A stretch of 64,000 bases of DNA from Macrostomum lignano (taxonomy: Eukaryota): the NCBI GenBank assembly GCA_002269645.1, contig NIVC01001310.1:186001-250000 (forward strand), written 5' to 3'. The position numbers and the translations under genes were made by a program. Shown here piece after piece: positions 12,801 through 25,000 of the stretch (position 1 is the stretch's first letter; the number at the start of each line of letters is the position of its first letter). The notes under the pieces were generated by a model. The model was not told the origin of the DNA, ran no database searches, and worked only from the letters and a program-made list of their open reading frames with translations.

Positions 12801-15800
12801 TGCGTAACACACCCGACAACGCTTGCGAGGGTGCTGAGCTCTTTGGCTCGAGCAGCAGCTATGCCCGTCGGTCCCATCACGGTTCGAGTGCCCCAGTCCA
12901 TCGGGGGCATGGTCATGGACACTGCCTTGACGTGGCGAACCGACATAATCCCCTCGCCGGCTCCGCCGGTTGCCGACGGCAGGAGAACAAAAGTGCCCAC
13001 CCTTCGGTTGTCGGCAGGGACACTGCAGCGTATGCCTGCGTCCCTGTTGCCCCGATGGCAGGCAGGCGCTCCGACGTGGCTGGGAGTGCTGGACCGACCA
13101 GGCCCTCCGGAGTCCAGGATGATGTGTGGCCGCTTGCCCTTGCTCCTCCCTGCTTTTCCTCTACCAATTTCATATTTCATTTTTACTCCATTTGTTTTCA
13201 AATGGTGTTTTGAGTTAAAGAAAAAATGGCTAAAAATCTGGTAAAAAAAATAAATAAAAATGCACTGTGCCGGTATATTTAGACAAACTTGATACAAATT
13301 GACATATTTTTATTTTGATTTAAGCGTAAGATGTAGGACATCCCTAAATAACATCGATACATTTCAATCATACGCTCGTAGACGCCATTTAAATTTATAT
13401 TCATGCATACTTTTGATTACATTAAGTCAAGGCGACCGAATCAGCTCTATATAAGAAATTCAAAGGAAAAGTTTAGTGAATTTTATTGGCGAAAACGCGA
13501 TCAAAATTGGTCAAGAATTGCAATCTCTAGAGCGTTATGGACAAGCAAACATACAAACAAATCTTAGAGATTTAGTATATTTAGAAAACTGCCCTATTCA
13601 CTATTTGTTTCTGAGTCGATTTCACTTGCAGTGTCACATCGATACTAAGCAATTTTTTTCCGAGCGATTGCCGCTTTTCCCTTGACCTGTTACAGTTGGC
13701 TCCACTTCTTGTAGGTGACCGCTTCCTCGAACGTAGCTCCGATTCTTCGGAGCCACTGCTGCAACCATTGGGCTTTTTCGCACAGCATGAGCAGTAGGTG
13801 GGGCTGATGCCGATGGCCTGGAAGCAGCAGCTATAGCCGGTGCTTCAACGCCTCGAAGTTTGCTTGGCCAGCTTGGCAGACGGTTGTGGTGGTTGAAATT
13901 GACGCGGCGTCAGGACTGACAGCCGACAAAGTGCTCACTTTCCGATGCTGCCTCTTCTTCAACCGGTCTGTCCCATGGTGAAGCAGCTCCCTGCAGACTG
14001 TGTGGACCTGCTTATTTGTTGGCCTACCAGCCTCCACTGAATTGCCGTAGATACTTGTGATGGCCACTGAAAAAATGTAGTTTAAACTTAGCCATTTGCC
14101 ATAATTAACCATAGTTATCAAGCATTTCTACTTATATCGACTAGTAAGCGTTGTGCCATGAGAAGAAAATACCTAGATATTTTTGCATTCCATTTCTAAT
14201 GAGCCAATGTCCTATCGAAAGCCCTATTCAGCAACAACACACCTTTAAAGTGATGCAGCATTGTATCCTTGAAGCAAATCAGCGTCTGCATCCGCTCCGG
14301 CCTCCAGTGTTGGGTTCTTCAAGTCCCAACCTCTGAAATTGACAGCGGCCTGCATCATTCTTTTTTCATACCAATAATTTATTTAATTTTTAACTTTTTT
14401 TTGGGTATAATTTCTATAATCTCAAAATTTTAAACAAAGGTTTTGATATTTTTAAATAATGACAAACAAGTCGAGTAATTTAACTCACCAATTCCGAAAT
14501 GGATTCCACAGGTTAAAATTTTGCAAACTGAATGTATGCTTTCCATGAACTAATGAGAAAAACTTTTGGGCGCTCCGGTTCATTGTCATTCGCAGAACTT
14601 GAAGATTGCTTTCTCGCCATCTCAGCTCACATCGCCGCAACTTCTTTCAGGCATCGATCCAGCTTGGACTCTTGCCTGCTGTAGCACATAGAAAACTCTC
14701 GAAGAATAGAAAATTGGACGAAAAGTATCCCTCGAAAGCTTCCTAGTGGGAAGTCCGTGATAGCTTGAATTTGTTGCTCTATTTTTTAATGGCACTAGGC
14801 CCAAAGGCAAATAATGGTATGTAGAAGGACTCCTCATTCTGTCTGTGCTAGACACTTACTAGCCAAATCTAAACATATAATCGCATCTAAGCATTTGTAA
14901 GTAAGGTCTAAGAAGTTCGTAAACAATTGCAGGACATTAACAGAATTTACACAGATGAAAGTCCGTAAATTGCGTAAAGAGAGTTAGCAGAAATAACTAC
15001 TAGAGTAGCAAGAAACATAATAACAGCTAAGAGAGCAAACGTCCCTTGCAGTGAACGTTTAAGTCAAATGCAACATCGGTCACCTAGTCGGATTCCCATT
15101 TTACATGTATTCCCCGGGAAGTCAGTTCGTGCTGCAACAATGCCATCTCCATCTTGATATTCTTGTTCTTTAGTTCAAGGTGATCCATCAGCAATTCGTC
15201 TTTCCTCTTGTGACCTTTGCGACACGAGCACCCAGAGCTGTTGCCCTGACGACTTGATTCTGATGGTGGAGCAGCCGGTCCACATTGCAACTTGTCAGTG
15301 CTTGTTCAGATGCGTCTCCAGTAAACAATTGCAGCATCGAAGGTGATGAACTAGAATGTGGAGCAGATGGAGCAGGCAGAGCACTATGCGGCATGCTGAA
15401 CGCGCTTGCGGCTGTGACTATACACGTTGGCTTGTAATTGATCACCGTGCTCGCAGAAACCTGCAGGCCTTGAGTTACTGACTATGGCGATTCCGTGCTC
15501 AAGATTTGAAGGACGATTTCGTCCACGTCAGATACCCCCGCTGCCTTGCCCCTGCAGCCCCGGTCTGCTTGCTTTCTTCAAAGTCGCACTGCGCATACTC
15601 TCTCAAGTGACATCCTTGAATCCGTTGGCGTGCAAAACCTCAATGATTTCCGACCATGAATCCTTCTACCGGTTACCATCGCTGAGATTAGCAAAGCTTC
15701 CGAACAAAATGTCTTTGCGATGTAGAATTTCGCGCAAAATAAAATCTTTTGATTCTTAGACAACATGGCCACTAAAGAGGGGTTGAACGAAACAAATCTG

Positions 15801-15975
15801 CGTGTTAAAGAGCAAGCCAGTCAGCTAAAATATATTTTCAGAATAAGGTTGGGTTCGTTTTGAAAAATATAAACTCTTGCAGCATGCTGCCCGACAAATA
15901 TCGATTTTTTGCTGCCCTTTGTTTTGCCCTAGTCAGTGTACACTCTGGTGTGGATAAGATTAAAAGAGAGAGAGA

Positions 15976-16049
<74 letters not shown>

Positions 16050-19000
16050 GGGCGTCCGAGCTGATTCATTAAAAGATTAACTCTTGAGGGAAAGGCTTGA
16101 GCCTTAAGTCTGTCTTTTAGGGTTAAGAATCAACACAACGAAATAGAGAGCTGTAGCCAGTCAGCTAATATTTCTGTTCATCGAGATAGAAAGAGCGACG
16201 CAGTTTCTTATCGTATATATGGGCCAACTTCCAAATATCAGCTTATATAATAACACGTTCTCATTCATAATTTTCACGCACTGGCTGATTAACTACCAGC
16301 GCCTAAACTGATTTGATCAGTGCTTCGTAAAATCGAAATTATCAGCAGTGGTAACTGATAACCAGTGCTTCGTAAAATCGGCCCCTGTCGAAAATCAGGT
16401 CTCCGTCTACTGATACACTGATTGATTTTCCCGGATTTCCCCATTTAGAATGCATTAGAATTGGCAGAATTGCCGCCTTTGAAAAACCTGAAATAATTCT
16501 GCGCTATACACCGACTAGCACTCTTTAATAAACTATAGAATCTTTTCTAGAATCTTTCTATATAGTTTGTAGAATCTCACATCTGAGCGTGCTGACACAG
16601 CTTGACAAATTAAAGTTATATTTCATGGACTTTTCCTATCTAACTACACTAGAATTGGTAGAAATTTCACCTTAAATAGTTTCGAAACCAATCAATACAG
16701 AGGCTAGGACTAAAAAAACTGATGTAAAACAATCAAAGTTTGTTAGATTTACAACCTGTAAAGTTTTTAAGTGCAATAAAATCTCCAAATAAAAAATTTC
16801 GCAGTATACACTGAAATTAGAGAAAAAAATCATTTTTGTGAAAACACAAAAATATTTATTTGCAAACCCAACACGCATATACTTTTTGTGTAAAATATAA
16901 TAAAATTTGTTTGAGATTGTAATCGTAGCGAATTACAGAGTTTCAACACTTTTCTTCAATTACTCGTAGATCATAATCAATTCAGTCTTATAATACTTCG
17001 AGTGCAAAGAAGCATAGTTTTCTAACTGGGCGCCTCATATGCGACTTAACGTACAACAAGGCGTATAGGTAATTTACACAAAGAAAAAACTAAGTATTAT
17101 GTCTTGCTTCAGAGAAAAAACAAAGATCTGATGAAAAACTGCTCATTAATGGAACTAAAAAGTAAAAAATCGACTTCTGAATTCGGGCAATGTTTTGGGC
17201 GCTAAACGCCTGGCCGTGCGCCCTCCATAACTCGCTCAAGTTGGCTTCTACAACAATAGCAACAACACCCGTGTCCTCACCCAGGGTCTTGATCGTCAGT
17301 CTCAAGAACTTTAGGAATGTCTTGCTGCCACCACACTGTTTGTAGACAATCCAAGAGTTTCGAATTAGCAAAAGCAGCAGGTGAAATCAGAGTTTTTGAA
17401 ACCAACCAATGGTTTTTCGTTTTGCCAAGTAAAGGGTACAAAGCGGAGTCCAAGTGATCAACGCCACCCATACTGGCAGTGTAAGCTAGAATGCTTGCTG
17501 GCTTTGGAACAATCTGAACGCCACCACCACGGCGAAGGCTTTGGCCAGGACCCACAGAAGTCCGCGTCTTTAGTAGAAAGCTTCAGTTAAGGAATGGAGT
17601 TAAAAATTTCATTCTTATTTTTTCATGGGACGAAATCGTTCCATACCGTCGACAAAGGGTGCGACAGGACAGGACGTGAACCACCTATTGCTAGCGAAAG
17701 TGATTAAGTCATTTACTGTTTAAAACTTATGGATTGAATGAGAATAACTGGGGAAGAGGAAGAGAGAGAGACAAACAGTCTCTCCAGCAGAAATATTCAT
17801 TTTAGCAGTATGCCTCAGTTGGTACAGAAAAAAAGTTTTTTTTACTTCGGTTTCTCATCCAAGGTTACAGTTATAGAGAAATCCTCAGATCCAAGGACTG
17901 GGCAGACGCCACACATCCTCAATTACCCCAGCTAATGCTGGCACCCATTTTACAGCTGGGTGAACTGAAGCAATGCAGGGAGTTAAGCGCCTTGTTTAAG
18001 GACACAAATTGTTCCGAGTGGGTCGAAAATCGACCATCCACTTTTCAGTCGTGAGTCCGACGCTGTAACTAACTAGGCTCGTACAGCCCCGTCAGACGTA
18101 AGTGGCTAGTCGGTCTCTTTCTGCGAAAACGCAATTTGTTCAAAATTCACACAGAACAGTTTGTCAATAAACACTTCAGTTAGTCCTACTTTTCAAGGGG
18201 CTGAATCTGGCCCCTGGTGCAAAATGGTTAAGCGCGATTCTGCTCGTTCTACTGACTCCTGATACAAGCGCTCCAATACTGTACGCAAGCACGCACTCGT
18301 ACACAGGCTCACACAGCTGCTCTGCTTAACGCAGTACTTTTTTATGAAAAAACTCTCAGGCCGACTTCAGGTGACCCCGATTCGTCTGGCGCTGGTACCG
18401 CCGCCAATGTCGGCATTTGCTGTTGATTTCGGCTGCAGCAGGCAGGTGCTGTGGTGCCGGCCCTTGCCCGATCGACCTAACTGGATTGTCGGAGCTTTGT
18501 CTACTGGTACTATCTGTCTGCTGTGTCCCGCCAGCGAGTCCGATCTGCTTTTAGGAGCAGATTCCATGCCAGATGCTTCTATTACTGCCGATCAGTGCAG
18601 CTCGGGATTTGGCTTTGTCAATAGTGTGCCCGAGTATCGGTGTCTGGATACTGGGTGAGTGCGGGACTGCGTTTGTGCGTAACTCAGTGCCTGTCTTAGT
18701 GTCTGTCTTAGTGTCTGTCTTAGTGTCTGTCTTAGTGTCTGTCTTAGTGCCTGTCTTAGTGCCTGTCTTAGTGTCTGTCTTAGTGTCTGTCTTAGTGCCT
18801 GTCTTAGTGCCTGTCTTAGTGTCTGTCTTAGTGTCTGTCTTAGTGCCTGTCTTAGTGCCTGTCTTAGTGTCTGTCTTAGTGCCTGTCTTAGTGCCTGTCT
18901 TAGTGCCTGTCTTAGTGCCTGTCTTAGTGCCTGTCTTAGTGCCTGTCTTAGTGTCTGTCTTAGTGCCTGTCTTAGTGTCTGTCTTTAGTGCCTGTCTCAG

Positions 19001-22000
19001 TGCCTGCCTTAGTGCCTGTCTTAGTGCCTGTCTTAGTGCCTGTCTTAGTGCCTGTCTTAGTGTCTGTCTTTAGTGCCTGTCTCAGTGCCTGCCCTAGTGC
19101 CTGTCTTAGTTTATGTGTTTCCTCGACTTTTGAGTGTCCATCTTTCCTTTTTATCGTCCCGTCTGTTTTATTACCAGCCTACATGTGACAATCATGCCAC
19201 ACCCGCTGCCGTCAACCCGCCCACAGGCTGACCCTCGCAGACGTATCAATCTGTCATTTGGAGCCGCTGGTCAACTGTCAGCTGGCTGTATTTAACTCTA
19301 CAGAGCGTTCTATTAGCGTGTACTGTTTTGCTAAACTGCTTCAGGAGAAACAGGGAGAATCCGGCAGGTAAGACCGAGGTTAAATTTTATATATTACGCT
19401 TAGAATGCAAGTGCCGTAGCCTATTAGTGGTCTAAAGCGGCGCTCTTATGTGCCAGCGGCCCAGGCTCGATTCCAAGGGAAGTGAAATTATTTTGATGGA
19501 ATCTCGGTTTGGCTCTGCTCGTGAAATTAACGGCCTTGAGGGCCAACCCCCAAAGCACAGTTGAAGTGTACATGCCTAACCATAAATAAAGTTATTTATC
19601 GCTGTACACTCCTGTGAGTGTGTGCCTGTGCGTATGACTGCGTACGTATCCGCGCGCTTGTGTGCCTGCTCAGGGGGAGTCGGCGGAATGGGCAGTAATG
19701 TCTCTCGCCGGTTGTGTGACAATGTCGCTAAAAGTGCGCCTGGGTGCACACAGCGCCTGCCTTAAAAAAAAGCTAGGGCCTTGTTTGTGTTGGCCTTCAT
19801 GAGTGTAAACATGAAGCATAGCAAATCGGCGAAATGCGTTTTGAAAACAGTACTTAATTGGTTTTTTGACGTCTGAATAACAGTTCTATTTGGCGTCCTG
19901 AAAGTTTCTCATAGCCATAGATACTAAAATAACTGGATGGGCCACTCAGGCTTTATACTTAGTAAAACAGCTTTCTACTTTCAGGTCAGTAGCAAATAAG
20001 AATACATAAGCTATTTTATAAAAATAAAAGCGGCTGAAATGACTTTGATAAGTTTAGAAGCCCAAAGCTTGCAGACGTAAACAACTTGCTAATTGGTTCA
20101 GCAATAATGTACATTGGCCAGTCCACTGAAATGTACATGGCTGGAATTCCGAGAAAGGCAATTAAAATTGGGGTGGGGCGGGGAGGGGGTAGTGTGGAAA
20201 GGCGCGGTTGGAGGGTTTAAGTGGGGGGTAAGAGCCAATAAATGAACCTTGGCTTTAAAAATACATTAAAATGATTTCTTTAACTTGCTACTGAACTGAA
20301 AGTAGCTTGCACGCAAATGTGCTGAGTGGCCCATCTACTTATTCTAGTATCGCTGTGCTCTTACCCAAAAAAGTTGCAGAAGTCTGCAGACTCAATTTTC
20401 AACGTATTACTTAATCGTCACAATTGATAGAAGTCTTGAAATTCGAAGAATGTTGAGTGTTTAAGTGTTTGAGTGTTGGTTATTTTTGCTAAACAACAAA
20501 CTGAAAACTTCCAATCTTGCTAATGGACTTTGCTGCTGTATCCAGCTTTTTTAATTCTATCTAAAGTTCGAATTCTATGTTTCTATTTATAACTATTATG
20601 GAGTAAGCAGTCAGCTGAGCATTCAGTATTTTGCATTCCAGCTGCGCCAAGACGCCTGTATCACTGTCAAACATTTTGGAGCCAAATGAATCCGTGATTA
20701 GTTTAAATGCGCACTGTTGCAACAGCAGCCTGATGTACTTGCAAACTGATGCTGGCAAAATTGTGTCTGCGAACTTGGGTGAGTTGCATTGTTGTTCAAA
20801 ACTTCCTGTTTCTTCAGGCAGTTCAGCTACCCCTATTCACGATCCTTCAGGCAGTTCAGCTACTCCTATTCATGATCCTTCAGGGAGTTCAGCTACTCCT
20901 ATTCACGATCCTTCAGGCAGTTCAGCTACTCCTATTCATGATCCTTCAGGGAGTTCAGCTACTCCTATTCATGATCCTTCAGGCAGTTCAGCTACTCCTA
21001 TTCATGATCCTTCAGGGAGTTCAGCTACTCCTATTCATGATCCTTCAGGGAGTTCAGCTACTCCTATTCATGATCCTTCAGGCAGTTCAGCTACTCCTAT
21101 TCATGATCCTTCAAGCAGTTCAGCTACCCATATTCATGATCCTTCAGGCAGTTCAGCTACTCCTATTCATGATCCTTCAAGCAGTTCAGCTACTCCTATT
21201 CATGATCCTTCAGGCAGTTCAGCTACCCCTATTCATGATCCTTCAGGCAGTTCAGCTACCCCTATTCGTGATGCTTCAGGCAGTTCAGCTACCCATATTC
21301 ATGATCCTTCAGGCAGTTCAGCTACCCCTATTCATGATGCTTCAGGCAGTTCAGCTACCCCTATTCATGATGGTTCAGGCAGTTCAGCTACCCCTACTCA
21401 TGATCCTTCAGGCAGTTCAGCTACCCCTACTCATGATCCTTCAGGCAGTTCAGCTACCCCTACTCATGATCCTTCAGGCAGTTCAGCTACCCCTATTCAC
21501 GATCCTTCAGGCAGTTCAGCTACCCCTATTCATGATGGTTCAGGCAGTTCAGCTACCCCTACTCATGATCCTTCAGGCAGTTCAGCTACCCCTACTCATG
21601 ATCCTTCAGGCAGTTCAGCTACCCCTATTCATGATCCTTCAGGCAGTTCAGCTACCCCTATTCATGATGCTTCAGGCAGTTCAGCTACCCCTACTCATGA
21701 TCCTTCAGGCAGTTCAGCTACCCCTATTCATGATCCTTCAGGCAGTTCAGCTACCCCTATTCATGATCCTTCAGGCAGTTCAGCTACCCCTATTCACGAT
21801 CCTTCAGGCAGTTCAGCTACCCCTATTCATGATCCTTCAGGCAGTTCAGCTACCCCTATTCATGATCCTTCAGGCAGTTCAGCTACCCCTATTCATGATC
21901 CTTCAGGCAGTTCAGCTACCCCTATTCATGATGCTTCAGGCAGTTCAGCTACCCCTATTCATGGTCCTTCAGTCAGTTCAGCTACCCCTATTCGTGATGC

Positions 22001-25000
22001 TTCAGGCAGTTCAGCTACCCCTATTCATGATGCTTCAGGCAGTTCAGCTACGTATCATTTAGCGTATCATTCAAATTGCAGTCGTACTTCAAGTATTAGC
22101 TGGTTAGCTCGTGTAGTTAGTTGGTTAGACTTCGTGACTTTGCTTGATTTCGAGCTTAAATTACCTTGGAATGAGTATTCAGTGCGTAGTTGGCGCGCCT
22201 ATATTTTAGGTACCGAATTTCTCAGTGCCAGTTGCATGCCGGATGTTAATGAGACGTGAAGTCAAGTGGATCGTAATGCACTTTGTAGTTTAGTGCGCCA
22301 ATACATAACTGTAATTAGACTCGATCCAGCTTAGACTCGTACAAGATACATATTGAAACTTGTACACGATTTAGATTGAACTCGTACAAGATTCAGATTA
22401 AAACCCGTACAAGACTCAGATTAAAACCTGTACAAGACTCAGATTAAAACTCGTACAACATTCAGATTAAAACCCTCACAAGACTCAGATTAAAACTCGT
22501 ACAAGATTTAGATTAAAACCCGTACAAGATTAAGATTAAAACCCGTACAAGATTTAGTTTAAACTCGTACAAGATTTAGATTGAAACTCGAAAAAGATTC
22601 AGATTGAAACCCGTACAAGATTTAGTTAAAACTCGTACAAGATTCAGATTAAAACCCGTACAAGACTCAGATTAAAACCTGTACAAGACTCAGATTAAAA
22701 CTCGTACAACATTCAGATTAAAACCCTCACAAGACTCAGATTAAAACTCGTACAAGATTTAGATTAAAACTCGTACAAGATTTAGATTAAAACTTGTACA
22801 AGATTAAGATTAAAACCCGTACAAGATTTAGATTGAAACTCGTACAAGATTCAGATTAAAACCCGTACAAGATTCAGATTAAAACTCGTACAAGATTTAG
22901 ATTGAAACTCGTACAAGATTTAGATTGAAACTCGTACAAGATTCAGATTAAAACTCGTACAAGATTCAGATTGAAACCCGTACAAGATTCAGATTAAAAC
23001 TCGTACAAGATTTAGATTGAAACTCGTACAAGATTCAGATTAAAACTCGTACAAGATTCATATTGAAACCCGTAGAAGATTTAGATTGAAACTCGTACAA
23101 GATTCAGATTAAAACCCGTACAAGATTCAGATTGAAACTCAGAAAAGAGTCAGCTTACTACTTCAGTCTCGATTGAGTTAACCAATATGATGATAAAATC
23201 TTGTTTTCAGGCAGCGGCGCTGTACTAGCATCAAAGCCGTTGACTTTGCCAGAACAGTGCCACCTAGTTGAAGTGGGCACATTCAAAGACACAGCCTATC
23301 TGCTCTGTCTCTCCGAGAGTCTCAACTTCTACTGCGTGTCGTTGGGCGCCGAAAACGAATTCTGCGCCTCCCTGGAAGCTCGAGTTACCGGCGTAACATC
23401 ATTCTGTCTGCACGACACTTTCCTGCTAGTTACCGGCGTAGCTCACGTTCTGGTGTCCGCAAATCGTCGCTTAATCATGAGCGAAGCGTTCCGTGCCTTG
23501 AATGAAGATTTAAGCCAACAGCAGCAGATATTGCAGCAGCAGCAGCGTCAACTACAAATTCAACAGCAATCAGCTGCCAGTTGCTATAGCGACCGGGTTC
23601 GAAGAATCGAACGGGGCGCTAGATTAGTGGCTTGCTCGGCTAATGACAGTCTGACTGTGCTGCAGATGCCGCGCGGCAATCTGGAGGGTGTGCATCCGCG
23701 GTCTCTGGTGCTGCTTCGGGTCACCGAGATGCTGGACAGGTGAGGGGTGGACAAGGTGTCTGTTGGACAGGTGAAGGGGTGGACAAAGTGTCTGTTGGAC
23801 AGGTGAGGTGTGGACAAGGTGTCTGTTGGACAGGTGTCTGTTGGACAGGTGTCTGTTGGACAGGTGAGGTGTGGACAAGGTGTCTGTTGGACAGGTGAGG
23901 TGTGGACAAGGTGTCTGTTGGACAGGTGTCTGTTGGACAGGTGAGGTGTGGACAAGGTGTCTGTTGGACAGGTGAGGGGTGGACAAGGTGTCTGTTGGAC
24001 AGGTGTCTGTTGGACAGGTGAGGTGTGGACAAGGTGTCTGTTGGACATGTGAGGGGTGGACAAGGTGTCTATTGAACAAGTGAAGGGGTGGACAAAGTGT
24101 CTGTTGGACAGTTGAGAGGTGGACAAGGTGTCTGGTGGACACCTAAGAGGTGGACAAGGTGTCTATTGGACAGTTAAGAGGTGGGCAAGGTGTCTGTTGG
24201 ACAGTTAAGAGGTGGACAAGGTGTCTGTTGGACAGTTAAGAGGTGGCAAGGTGTCTGTTGGACATGTGAGGGGTGGACAAGATCGATAAGTTTCCATGAA
24301 GCAGTCAAAATGAGAAATATTTTTACGGGTCTTAATTTCTAGAAAACTCAAAAATTGGCATTGAAATAAAAGAAGATTCTAGAATTCGCGTCATTAATTT
24401 AGCCGCAAATTCAATTTATGTCACGAACTGAATCTGAATAAAGTTTCCATTTTCGTCTCGCATTTATGTCTGTAGTAATTAAATTGCCACGAATTCTGGC
24501 AGTCAAAATAATGCTTCTTATCTTTGACGCACTGTTTAGATTTGTACTTAAATATTTAATAAATTGCCAATTCCTTGCTTACACAGCAATACATTTATCC
24601 TGAAAGCCAGCGCTCTATGATAGTCGAAGATCTTTCAGTTCGTATAAAGACGCGTAAATTAATCAAAACATTTTCAAATACATGCGTTGTGCAATGAATT
24701 TGAATAAAAGTAAATACACTTGCACAAAACTAGTTCCTTGGTTGGAGTTTAATTCACTACCACGGATGCCGCAGGCAGTTGTCTTAGCAGGCAGTTGTCT
24801 TAGCAGGCAGCTGTCTTAGCAGGCAGTTGTCTTAGCAGGCAGTTGTCTTAGCAGGCAGTTGTCTTAGCAGGCAGTTGTCTTAGCAGGCAGTTATCGCTGC
24901 AGGCAGTTTTGCGTAGGCAGTTGTCGCGCAGGCAAATTGTCGTAGAACCGAAGATTTTTTAGATTTTACCATCTTGCTGGGTGTATATTACTCTTAAAAT

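Noticed and set aside
20631-22259. 542-aa ORF with [11 protein letters not shown] repeats (mucin-like), and the overlapping 437-aa ORF
   Set aside because: Only 20642-20778 is ELP1 exon 9. The rest is read-through past a GTGAGT donor into a 33-bp minisatellite that happens to lack stops.
23731-24281. Intron newly created by tandem duplication of an AG|GT proto-splice site
   Set aside because: The intron position and phase appear to match human ELP1 intron 20 (recalled), so the intron is probably ancient and the array secondary.
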